From a virus, in the IMG/VR virus record IMGVR_UViG_3300020541_000150, positions 1 to 18,311 of that record: DNA of 18,311 nt; one strand, given 5' to 3'. Below, piece after piece: positions 1 to 7,591 of this stretch (position 1 is the stretch's first letter; each line of letters opens with the position of its first letter). Both the position numbers and the translations under genes were made by a program. The notes under the pieces are model-generated. The model was not told the origin of the DNA and searched no databases. It saw only the letters and a program-made list of their open reading frames with translations.

Positions 1-384
1 CTCGTTAAAGAGTCCGACCGTGAATTGGTATCTAATTGTTGGTCAAGATGCCTAGAATCGCTCGCTAACCGCCTCCCGTTAAATAATTTGGATGATGCTA
101 CCCAGTACGCAATTTTCAAACTCGGTGGGATATCTCACCTTGGATCGATTGAAAGTACCCAACTGCAATACCTGAGCAACGATTTCAAGATCCACTGGCA
201 AGCCTACCGAAAATCCCCGCGAGAATTTGAGCGCCCAGTGCAAATCATTCCCCCTGAGCAACGGGAATTCAAACCCAATGGACTCAAGCCAGAACTTTCA
301 GAGGAACAACGGGTAAAAAATCAGGAATTTCTAAATAACCTGATCGCCACAAAAATGAGTAAAAACTTAAACGGAGCGAAATAA
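1..384 (+). CDS. Partial hypothetical protein (5' end lies outside window)
   Basis: Frame 1 is open from base 1 (LVKESDRELVSNCW...) and ends with TAA at 382-384, overlapping the dnaB ATG. The listed TTG start at 25 is probably not the true start. Confidence 0.6.
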   Translation, partial: LVKESDRELVSNCWSRCLESLANRLPLNNLDDATQYAIFKLGGISHLGSIESTQLQYLSNDFKIHWQAYRKSPREFERPVQIIPPEQREFKPNGLKPELSEEQRVKNQEFLNNLIATKMSKNLNGAK

Positions 385-1697
385 TGGAAACAGTAATCAT
401 GGAAAATGTCGAGGCAGAACAAGCCGTTTTAGGGGGGATTCTATTAGACCCAGAAGCCATTGGTCGAGTTGCAGAAATGTTGCAACCTGAATCATTCTCC
501 CTGCGATCGCATCAAACGATTTACAAGGCAGTATTAACCCTGCATTCTGAGGGAAAACCCACTGATTTGATGACCGTTACATTTTGGTTGGCAGATCAGA
601 AATTACTCGAACAAGTGGGAGGACAATTAGGATTAACTCAACTCGTAGATCGGACGGTTTCAGCAGTCAACATTGATCAATATGCCAAACTAATTCTTGA
701 CAAAAAAACCCGTCGCGATCTAGTATCTTCCGCTTATAAGATTATTGAGTTAGCAGAAGATACCAGTCAAGAATTAGAGACTGTAATTCAAAAATCAGAA
801 GAACAAATTGCCAATATTTCCCAGGGGAAAAGTCAGCAAGATTTAGTTTCAATTGGTGAAACCCTGATTGATACCTTTCAGGAAATTGAAGATCGGAGTG
901 AAAGCAAAATTCCCCCCGGTGTTCCCTGCGGTTTCTATGATTTAGATGCAATGACAGGAGGTTTTCAACGTTCAGATTTAATTATTGTGGCTGGTAGGCC
1001 GTCAATGGGAAAAACAGCCTTAGCAGTCCAGTTTGGTTTTAAGATTGCTAAAAAAGGATTACCTGTTGCGGTGTTCAGTTTAGAAATGTCCAAAGGTCAG
1101 TTAGTCCAAAGATTATTAGCAGGGGAAGCAAAAATCGAATCGACTCGGCTGCGGTCGGGAAATATTCAGCAAGATGAGTGGGAATCGTTAACAGAGGCGA
1201 TTAGTAAGTTAGCAGAATTGCCGATTTTTATTGACGACACATCGAACCCTACTGTCAATGAAATTAAGAAAAAAGCTCAAAAACTGCAAGCCGAAAACGG
1301 TGGAAAATTGGGCTTAATCCTAATAGATTATCTGCAATTAATGGACGGTGGCAGCGAGAATCGGGTGCAGGAATTGTCAAGAATTACACGGGGATTAAAG
1401 GGAATGGCAAAGGACTTAAACGTCCCTGTTATTGTCTTATCTCAGTTAAATCGAAGTGTTGAGCAACGCACTAATAAACGCCCAATGATGTCCGACTTGA
1501 GAGAATCGGGATCAACGGAACAGGACGCGGATTTAATAATGATGATTTACCGAGATGATTACTACAATCCCAACAGTTCAGAAGCCGGGGTAGCTGAAAT
1601 CATTTTAACCAAACATCGCAACGGCCCCACCGGAACGGTTAAGTTATTATTTGATTCCCAGTTTACTCAGTTTAAAAATATGGCGAGGTCAAGATAG
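384..1697 (+). CDS. dnaB: Replicative DNA helicase DnaB
   Basis: N-terminal VEAEQAVLGGILLDPEA, Walker A GRPSMGKTALAVQ, IIVLSQLNRSVE and C-terminal LTKHRNGPTGTVKLLF motifs typical of DnaB. No intein visible. Confidence 0.97.
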   Translation: METVIMENVEAEQAVLGGILLDPEAIGRVAEMLQPESFSLRSHQTIYKAVLTLHSEGKPTDLMTVTFWLADQKLLEQVGGQLGLTQLVDRTVSAVNIDQYAKLILDKKTRRDLVSSAYKIIELAEDTSQELETVIQKSEEQIANISQGKSQQDLVSIGETLIDTFQEIEDRSESKIPPGVPCGFYDLDAMTGGFQRSDLIIVAGRPSMGKTALAVQFGFKIAKKGLPVAVFSLEMSKGQLVQRLLAGEAKIESTRLRSGNIQQDEWESLTEAISKLAELPIFIDDTSNPTVNEIKKKAQKLQAENGGKLGLILIDYLQLMDGGSENRVQELSRITRGLKGMAKDLNVPVIVLSQLNRSVEQRTNKRPMMSDLRESGSTEQDADLIMMIYRDDYYNPNSSEAGVAEIILTKHRNGPTGTVKLLFDSQFTQFKNMARSR

Positions 1698-1726
1698 AAA
1701 CCCACTAATTATCAAGGAGTTTGAGA

Positions 1727-2347
1727 ATGCTAGAAAATTACAAGAACACATGGACAGAAGCTGAGATAGAACAACTTCTACTTTTAAAAGACAGCAAAAA
1801 AACTCATGCGCAGATTGCTGAAATTTTAGGGAGAACAAAAGCATCTATTGATATCAAATATTCAAAGGTTAGAAACAACCTAAAGGAATCAAGTTGGATA
1901 TGGACACACGAGGAAACTGAAACCTTGATAGCACTAGCAGAAACTTTACCGTTCACCCAATTAGTTATTCGATATAATCAACTAGCCGTTAAAAAAGGCT
2001 ATCAAGAGCGAACAATATTATCCGTTCAAAATAAGTTATTAAATCTCGGACAAAGCCTAAGACCTAACAGTGGTTGGTATGGAGCCACGGCAGTTTTTAT
2101 AGGACTAGGATTTTCAAGAGAAAGGATTCGTGGATGGATAAATAACGGGCTAAAACATCACTCTGAAGGCACAAGACAGTTTTACATTCGGAATGATCAT
2201 TTAGTGGAATACATCCTCTCGCATCCTGATTGTTTAAACGGAATCTCAGACGATGGGGTTCGTTGGTTTATTGCTTTATTAAATGAAGACAGGGAGATGA
2301 AAAAACGTGATGGTAGACCAGAATCCGCCCGTTCATTAACCGCTTAA
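1727..2347 (+). CDS. HTH / SANT-Myb-like domain protein, function unknown
   Basis: ORF 1721..2347; ATG at 1727 lies 7 nt after AAGGAG. N-terminus WTEAEIEQLLLLKDSKKTHAQIAEILGRTKASIDIKYSKVR resembles a SANT/HTH module, and a second one follows (WTHEETETLIALAE). Confidence 0.6.
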   Translation: MLENYKNTWTEAEIEQLLLLKDSKKTHAQIAEILGRTKASIDIKYSKVRNNLKESSWIWTHEETETLIALAETLPFTQLVIRYNQLAVKKGYQERTILSVQNKLLNLGQSLRPNSGWYGATAVFIGLGFSRERIRGWINNGLKHHSEGTRQFYIRNDHLVEYILSHPDCLNGISDDGVRWFIALLNEDREMKKRDGRPESARSLTA

Positions 2348-2402
2348 TCTTGACCGCGCCCTTGATTGATTAATTCCATTAAACCCAACAAAGGAGATTG
2401 AC

Positions 2403-2963
2403 ATGACCGTAACAACCAAGATATTTGAAAGAGTTTTAAAAGTTGGTGAGTGGGTAGAGATTGACCCACATAAACACCGCCCATCTTATCTAATAAGAGG
2501 TACAGCATGGCGAGTTGAAAGTTTGAATGTATTAAAACAAACCTGTCAAGTAACTAACGAAAAAACCAGATCGGAAACCCTAGACTTTGAGGAGGTTTCC
2601 GACTCATCCCCATTCAAAAAAACAGATATTGTGCAATTAAAAAAGGATAGCCGTTACATCGGACGGGTGATTATGTGCCGGGGGAATAAAATCAAAATTC
2701 AGTGGGCGAAAGGATTGGCAGAATCCTTAGACTCGGACAAGATAAAACTATTTATTCAGATGGTCAAAGGGGAACAAATCCCCCTCGGAAATTACGCTTT
2801 CCAGAAAGGCGATCATGTCAAAACTACAGACAAGAATTTTGGCAATGTAATCCTCACTGTAAAAGAATGCTTACCCTCTGGAATGGTGGTGTTGAGTTCA
2901 TCAAACGATCCTAATTTATTGCTCCCCGGCTGTGGCTTAACAATTGTTGAGGAGGGTTTCTAA
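2403..2963 (+). CDS. Hypothetical protein translationally coupled to the downstream methyltransferase
   Basis: 186-aa ORF. Stop TAA shares its last base with the ATG of the methyltransferase gene (TAATG). Confidence 0.6.
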   Translation: MTVTTKIFERVLKVGEWVEIDPHKHRPSYLIRGTAWRVESLNVLKQTCQVTNEKTRSETLDFEEVSDSSPFKKTDIVQLKKDSRYIGRVIMCRGNKIKIQWAKGLAESLDSDKIKLFIQMVKGEQIPLGNYAFQKGDHVKTTDKNFGNVILTVKECLPSGMVVLSSSNDPNLLLPGCGLTIVEEGF

Positions 2964-4009
2964 TGCCAACATTCGCAACATTATTCATGGGCGGAGGCGG
3001 TGCAGATTTGGGATTAGAAGCCGCGGGTTTTGAGTCCATTTGGGGAATTGAAAGAGATCCTAAAATTGCAGAAGTAGCGCAACAAAATTTCCCGAATACC
3101 AAGATAATTAATCAATGTGTCGGGTCAGCTAGTCCTCGCCATTTAGAACCTGTTGATCTGCTTTGGATGAGTCCCCCTTGCCAACAATACAGCAATGCAC
3201 GGCGGGGTGATATTCCTGACCACAAAGATAAAGATGCGGGGCTTTATTGCTGTGATTATATTGCCATATTATCCCCTCGATGGGTGATTCTTGAAAACGT
3301 CCCAGGATATTCAAAATCACCAACTTTTGAGAAAATCCTACAATCATTGATCCGTAACGGATATCGCTATCATTGGTTAATTTTAGACGCGGCGGATCAC
3401 GGGGTTCCCCAAAACCGGAAACGGTTGATTATGTGGGCAGTTAAAAATTCAGAACCCCTCCCTTATTTTCCTGAATCAAAACCCAAAAAGGGATGGTATC
3501 AAGCCATTAGTGATTTAATCCCAGAAATGCAGGACTGTGAGCTTGCGGACTGGCAGATTAAGCGATTGAATGAATTGGGTTATTTGCCAGAAAAAGCCTT
3601 GATTGATATTGGTAAACAACTCATTAGACAGGCTACAGTTCGGGAGTCAAACGATCCAAGTTTTACTATCGTAGGGGGTCACTGTAATTCCCATTCTCCC
3701 ATCCTATTAATCCCCCGTGCGGGAGCCTGTATTAAGAACATTTTACCGACTCCACAAAACAAGCCTTGTCCAACAATTCGAGCTATGGCGGGTGTTTCGA
3801 CCCATTGGGCGGACATCGTACAGGGAAGTCAAATCAAACGGATTAGTCAAAAAGCGACGGCACGGCTGCAAACTTTTCCCGATGATTACAAATTCCCAGA
3901 ATCCAAATCTTTAAGTCAACAAATAATCGGAAATGCCGTGCCGCCGTTGTTGGCGAAAGAGTTAGGTCTGGCAATCTTAAAATCAATTAATCTTTATGAA
4001 GACAACTAA
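2963..4009 (+). CDS. DNA (cytosine-5-)methyltransferase
   Basis: C5-MTase motifs: FMGGGGADLGLEAAG (I), MSPPCQQYSNARRG (IV), VILENVPGY (VI), PQNRKRLI (VIII), IIGNAVPPLL (X). Confidence 0.93.
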   Translation: MPTFATLFMGGGGADLGLEAAGFESIWGIERDPKIAEVAQQNFPNTKIINQCVGSASPRHLEPVDLLWMSPPCQQYSNARRGDIPDHKDKDAGLYCCDYIAILSPRWVILENVPGYSKSPTFEKILQSLIRNGYRYHWLILDAADHGVPQNRKRLIMWAVKNSEPLPYFPESKPKKGWYQAISDLIPEMQDCELADWQIKRLNELGYLPEKALIDIGKQLIRQATVRESNDPSFTIVGGHCNSHSPILLIPRAGACIKNILPTPQNKPCPTIRAMAGVSTHWADIVQGSQIKRISQKATARLQTFPDDYKFPESKSLSQQIIGNAVPPLLAKELGLAILKSINLYEDN

Positions 4010-4409
4010 AAAAGGATTTCAACCCGCCCAAAAAATTCATGCCAACGACCTCCACACATTCTCTTGTGAGTGTCTCTGGTATGATGTAGAAACCGACGAG
4101 GAACTTCTATCTGAATTATGGACAATTAAACTCGATAAAAGGCGATTCAGAACCGATGTCAGGCAGGCTATTGTTGCAGGACTTATCTATTGTTTTCTCG
4201 AAACACCGGAAGCAATAGAGCGACGTATTAACAGGGTGTTTTTTTGGAATAATAAATCCCGTGCTTTTGAGCCATTGGGGGCGGTGTCCGACGCTCCGAT
4301 GACCGGATCTAGTCCAGTTGATTTTGAAGCCGATCCGGTGGTGGCTTTTGAGAGATTGAAAGCCCTTTGTGTTGAGATTGAGATTATCAAGGTTGACGAT
4401 TGCTCTTGA
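3996..4409 (+). CDS. Hypothetical protein
   Basis: 137-aa ORF overlapping the 3' end of the methyltransferase gene. Confidence 0.5.
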   Translation: MKTTKKGFQPAQKIHANDLHTFSCECLWYDVETDEELLSELWTIKLDKRRFRTDVRQAIVAGLIYCFLETPEAIERRINRVFFWNNKSRAFEPLGAVSDAPMTGSSPVDFEADPVVAFERLKALCVEIEIIKVDDCS

Positions 4410-4433
4410 CCTTTTAAAAATATACAAATAAAC

Positions 4434-4462
4434 TTGTTTTTTTCACGTTATTCGTGTACAAT
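4434..4462 (+). promoter_or_regulatory. Sigma70-type promoter for the iscB upstream ncRNA
   Basis: TTGTTT (4434-4439), 17-nt spacer, TACAAT (4457-4462). Predicted start about 4468-4470. Confidence 0.6.
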
Positions 4463-4467
4463 GTAAA

Positions 4468-4710
4468 TAGTCAAGAATCAAGGTTTACCAATGTAGTTTG
4501 TTGGTAAACAGTTAACCAGTCTAAGCTCTTTACTGAGCTACGTTATTGAGAAGCGTTTAAGTTCATACCTTGGGATGCGTTGCCAGTTCCAAGCTCTATA
4601 ACTAGGTGATTAAACAGATGTACAGCAATTAAGTCAGTGTCACCTGGACAGTACCGCTTAATAACATTGACGAGGCACACTTTACCCGATTTATCGGAGG
4701 CTCGAAAGAG
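4468..4710 (+). ncRNA. OmegaRNA-like / tracrRNA-like guide scaffold upstream of iscB, with an anti-repeat at its predicted 5' end
   Basis: About 240-nt non-coding segment directly upstream of iscB, the usual omegaRNA position. Helices read by eye: GTTTACCAA(4483-4491)/TTGGTAAAC(4501-4509); AGCTC(4524-4528)/GAGCT(4535-4539); CTTGG(4569-4573)/CCAAG(4589-4593); AGGTGA(4604-4609)/TCACCT(4640-4645); CCGAT(4686-4690)/ATCGG(4693-4697). The 5' 16 nt (TAGTCAAGAATCAAGG, 4468-4483) are complementary to the array repeat. Confidence 0.7.
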
Positions 4711-4720
4711 TTATTTTTAA

Positions 4721-6019
4721 ATGTCTAAAGTATTCGTAATGGATGCCGAAAAGCGTCCATTAAATCCAATCTCACCCGCAAAAGCTAGGATTCTTTTAAC
4801 GCAAAAGAAAGCCGCAGTTTTTCGGCATCAACCTTTTACAATCATCCTAAAATATGCTGTCAAATCTTCAACTGAAGACTTGAGGCTAAAGATAGATCCT
4901 GGTTCTAAATTTACTGGCATTGCCTTGGTAAACGACGGCACGGGTGAAGTTGTTTGGGGTGCAGATATTCAACATCGTGGCATGGTGATCAAGAATGCAC
5001 TGGAATCCCGACGTAGTTTAAGAAGGGGTCGCAGGGGACGGAAAACCAGATACCGCCAACCCCGTTTCCTTAACAGAACACGGGTTAAAGGTTGGTTAGC
5101 TCCGAGCTTGATGTCACGGGTCGAAAATGTGATTACCTGGGTCAATCGGTTAAGAAAGTTGGCTCCGATTGCAGCGATATCTCAGGAGTTGGTACGGTTC
5201 GACACTCAAATTATGGAGAATCCAGAAGTTTCCGGTGTTGAGTATCAGCAAGGGGAACTCGCGGGCTATGAAGTCAGGGAATACCTTTTGGAGAAGTTTA
5301 ACCGTCAGTGCGTTTACTGTGGCGCTGTTGATACCAGATTAGAGATTGAACACTTGATACCCAGATCAAAAGGTGGGACTAATCGGGTTTCTAACTTAGC
5401 GATCGCTTGCCATAAATGCAATCAGAAAAAGGGTGCTAAGGATATTAAAGATTTCCTTTCTAAGAAGAAGGAATTGCTTAATAAAATCCTGAAACGGGTT
5501 AAAGCCCCTCTCAAAGATGCAGCCGCCGTTAATTCTACCCGGTGGTGTTTATACAACCGATTGAAAGAAACGGGTTTACCTGTAGAAGTTGGGACGGGGG
5601 GACGGACTAAGTTTAACCGATGCCGTCAAAAGTTCCCTAAAGCTCACTGGATTGATGCGGCTTGTGTTGGTGCTTCTACTCCCGAAAATCTGATTATTAA
5701 GGATGTCAAACCTTTATTAATATCAGCTAAAGGGCATGGGGTCAGGCAACGGGTAACGACTGATAAATATGGTTTTCCTAAGTGCCATAAAGCAAGAATC
5801 AAGAGCTTTATGGGGTATAAAACGGGGGATTTAGTTAAGGCTGTAATTCCATCTGGAAAGAATAAGGGAACCCATTATGGTCGGGTTACGATTCGGCAAC
5901 GTCCGAGTTTTACCTTGGACAAGATGGATGTTCACCCAAAATACCTGAGCCTACTTCAGAAAGCCGATGGTTATGCCTATTCGAGCCTCGAACCATTACA
6001 AGAAAGCAGTTCCAGTTAA
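4721..6019 (+). CDS. iscB: IscB RNA-guided HNH/RuvC nuclease
   Basis: 432 aa. PLMP-type N-terminus VFVMDAEKRPLNPISPAKARILLTQKKAAVFRHQPFTI; RuvC-I LKIDPGSKFTGIALV; arginine-rich bridge helix ESRRSLRRGRRGRKTRYRQPRFLNR; RuvC-II ISQELVRFDTQ; HNH FNRQCVYCGAVDTRLEIEHLIPRSKGGTNRVSNLAIACHKCNQKKG; RuvC-III HWIDAACVGAS. Confidence 0.96.
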   Translation: MSKVFVMDAEKRPLNPISPAKARILLTQKKAAVFRHQPFTIILKYAVKSSTEDLRLKIDPGSKFTGIALVNDGTGEVVWGADIQHRGMVIKNALESRRSLRRGRRGRKTRYRQPRFLNRTRVKGWLAPSLMSRVENVITWVNRLRKLAPIAAISQELVRFDTQIMENPEVSGVEYQQGELAGYEVREYLLEKFNRQCVYCGAVDTRLEIEHLIPRSKGGTNRVSNLAIACHKCNQKKGAKDIKDFLSKKKELLNKILKRVKAPLKDAAAVNSTRWCLYNRLKETGLPVEVGTGGRTKFNRCRQKFPKAHWIDAACVGASTPENLIIKDVKPLLISAKGHGVRQRVTTDKYGFPKCHKARIKSFMGYKTGDLVKAVIPSGKNKGTHYGRVTIRQRPSFTLDKMDVHPKYLSLLQKADGYAYSSLEPLQESSSS

Positions 6020-6117
6020 TTTATTGTCAAATCACAGAAGCCAAAATCAATGATTTTTACCGAGCCTCGCAAAAGCAGTCTAAAACCCTTTCTGTGTAAG
6101 GCTTTCAAAAGCCAGGG

Positions 6118-7110
6118 GTTAATGATTGTATTGGTTCTTGATTGATCTGATACGTGGCGCGGCGGGGTGTGGCGTGGCGTTAATGATTGTATTGGTTCTT
6201 GATTGATCTGATACAAAGTATAGTTTTAATCTAACACACCCCAAAACACTCGTTAATGATTGTATTGGTTCTTGATTGATCTGATACCAATTACCCAACC
6301 CCGACCGGATAAAACCCGTATCGTTAATGATTGTATTGGTTCTTGATTGATCTGATACCAATTACCCAACCCCGACCGGATAAAACCCGTATTGTTAATG
6401 ATTGTATTGGTTCTTGATTGATCTGATACTAAAGCCATACAAACCCCAAACCCTTAGCTAATTGTTAATGATTGTATTGGTTCTTGATTGATCTGATACT
6501 ATATTTTGAAGTCCTGAGTATTTTCTTCTCTCTATCGTTAATGATTGTATTGGTTCTTGATTGATCTGATACTCCCTAAAGATTGGGGTAACACGATTAG
6601 CTTTACCTTCACCCGTTAATGATTGTATTGGTTCTTGATTGATCTGATACAAGTTCTCCCTGTTGGGATGTGTTGGGTTAGCTCTAAGTTAATGATTGTA
6701 TTGGTTCTTGATTGATCTGATACTTAATACGGGCAACTAATTCCATGGTAGACAATGATCCTTGTTAATGATTGTATTGGTTCTTGATTGATCTGATACT
6801 TAGTTTGAATTTGTGAATTTCTTTGAGGAAACACCCATCAAGCCCCTGTGAGTTAATGATTGTATTGGTTCTTGATTGATCTGATACACAAATTAATGAA
6901 TGCTATAATGATTTTAGATTGAGAAGTTAATGATTGTATTGGTTCTTGATTGATCTGATACTAGATTGGGTCTACCCCCACGACAATAGTGTATATAACG
7001 GGTTAATGATTGTATTGGTTCTTGATTGATCTGATACAAAAAGCTATCTCAACGCACCCACAAATGCTCTAATTGTTAATGATTGTATTGGTTCTTGACT
7101 AATTTGATAC
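6118..7110 (+). CRISPR. CRISPR-like array: 14 repeats of 36 nt, 13 spacers
   Basis: Repeat GTTAATGATTGTATTGGTTCTTGATTGATCTGATAC starts at 6118, 6179, 6252, 6323, 6394, 6464, 6537, 6615, 6688, 6764, 6852, 6926 and 7002 (identical), plus a terminal variant at 7075 (GTTAATGATTGTATTGGTTCTTGACTAATTTGATAC). Spacer lengths 25, 37, 35, 35, 34, 37, 42, 37, 40, 52, 38, 40, 37 nt. Orientation is inferred from the degenerate right end and anti-repeat complementarity. Confidence 0.88.
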
Positions 7111-7165
7111 AAGTTGAAAACTTACGTTTTCGTTTTCTCTATTGGAATAAATTAGGAGTTTAGCT

Positions 7166-7342
7166 ATGGCGACCGAAAAAGAAATCAAAGAGCAGTTTGA
7201 GGTAATATTCAAAATGTATCTTGATTTAGAAAAATCAGGATGCAACACTATTCCCGATAACAAACTAGAAAATGAAGTGTATTCTTGTTTTATGTACTTC
7301 AAAGAAAAAAGAGATGAATACATTAAGTCTGTAATCTCTTGA
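7166..7342 (+). CDS. Hypothetical small protein (58 aa)
   Basis: ATG at 7166 after TTAGGAG; MATEKEIKEQFEVIFKMYLDLEKSGCNTIPDNKLENEVYSCFMYFKEKRDEYIKSVIS. Not in the supplied track because it is under 60 aa. Confidence 0.5.
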   Translation: MATEKEIKEQFEVIFKMYLDLEKSGCNTIPDNKLENEVYSCFMYFKEKRDEYIKSVIS

Positions 7343-7352
7343 TTAACCTAAA

Positions 7353-7388
7353 GTTAATGATTACCTTGTTTCTTGACTAATTTGATAC
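7353..7388 (+). repeat. Degenerate array-type repeat outside the core array
   Basis: GTTAATGATTACCTTGTTTCTTGACTAATTTGATAC, 36 nt, sharing both ends with the array repeat. Confidence 0.85.
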
Positions 7389-7393
7389 CAGAT

Positions 7394-7498
7394 ATGACTA
7401 CAATATTGATTTTTTTATTGGGACTTATTTGGGGATATTTATTGCATCCCTGGATTAAAGTTTTCAAGAAGATGCTGAAAGAATCGACGAAAGGTTAA
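7394..7498 (+). CDS. Hypothetical 34-aa single-span membrane protein
   Basis: MTTILIFLLGLIWGYLLHPWIKVFKKMLKESTKG: hydrophobic stretch then basic tail. Its stop codon lies inside the degenerate repeat at 7494. No obvious ribosome-binding site apart from the repeat itself. Confidence 0.3.
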   Translation: MTTILIFLLGLIWGYLLHPWIKVFKKMLKESTKG

Positions 7499-7529
7499 TG
7501 ATTGCCTTGTTTCTTGACTAATTTGATAT
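7494..7529 (+). repeat. Degenerate array-type repeat outside the core array
   Basis: GTTAATGATTGCCTTGTTTCTTGACTAATTTGATAT, 36 nt. Confidence 0.85.
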
Positions 7530-7591
7530 TTATAGGTTAAAAAAATAAAACCGACCAAAACAAACATTCAAACAAAAGGAGATAAAATCAA

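Noticed and set aside
2911-3347. Minus-strand ORFs inside the methyltransferase gene
   Set aside because: Antisense to clear C5-methyltransferase motifs.
4721-6019. Calling the nuclease Cas9
   Set aside because: 432 aa with a PLMP N-terminus and no REC lobe-sized insertion between bridge helix and RuvC-II, so it is IscB by architecture despite the Cas9-like RNA arrangement.
6016-6652. Track ORFs 6016-6216, 6119-6361, 6253-6438 and 6458-6652 with recurring SDQSRTNTI or YQINQEPIQSL peptides
   Set aside because: These are translations of the 36-nt repeats and spacers; no independent coding evidence.
6154-7074. Spacers matching other parts of this window (self-targeting)
   Set aside because: No clear match noticed by eye; a proper BLASTn-short search is needed before claiming either way.
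6118-7110. Array as part of a type I, III or V CRISPR-Cas locus
   Set aside because: No Cascade, Cas10, Cas12, Cas1 or Cas2-like protein in the window, and the only matching anti-repeat is in the iscB ncRNA. A trans-acting system elsewhere in the host cannot be excluded without the genome.
7099-7323. Minus-strand 74-aa ORF
   Set aside because: Antisense to the 58-aa + strand ORF with a good RBS; overlaps the terminal repeat; low-complexity composition.
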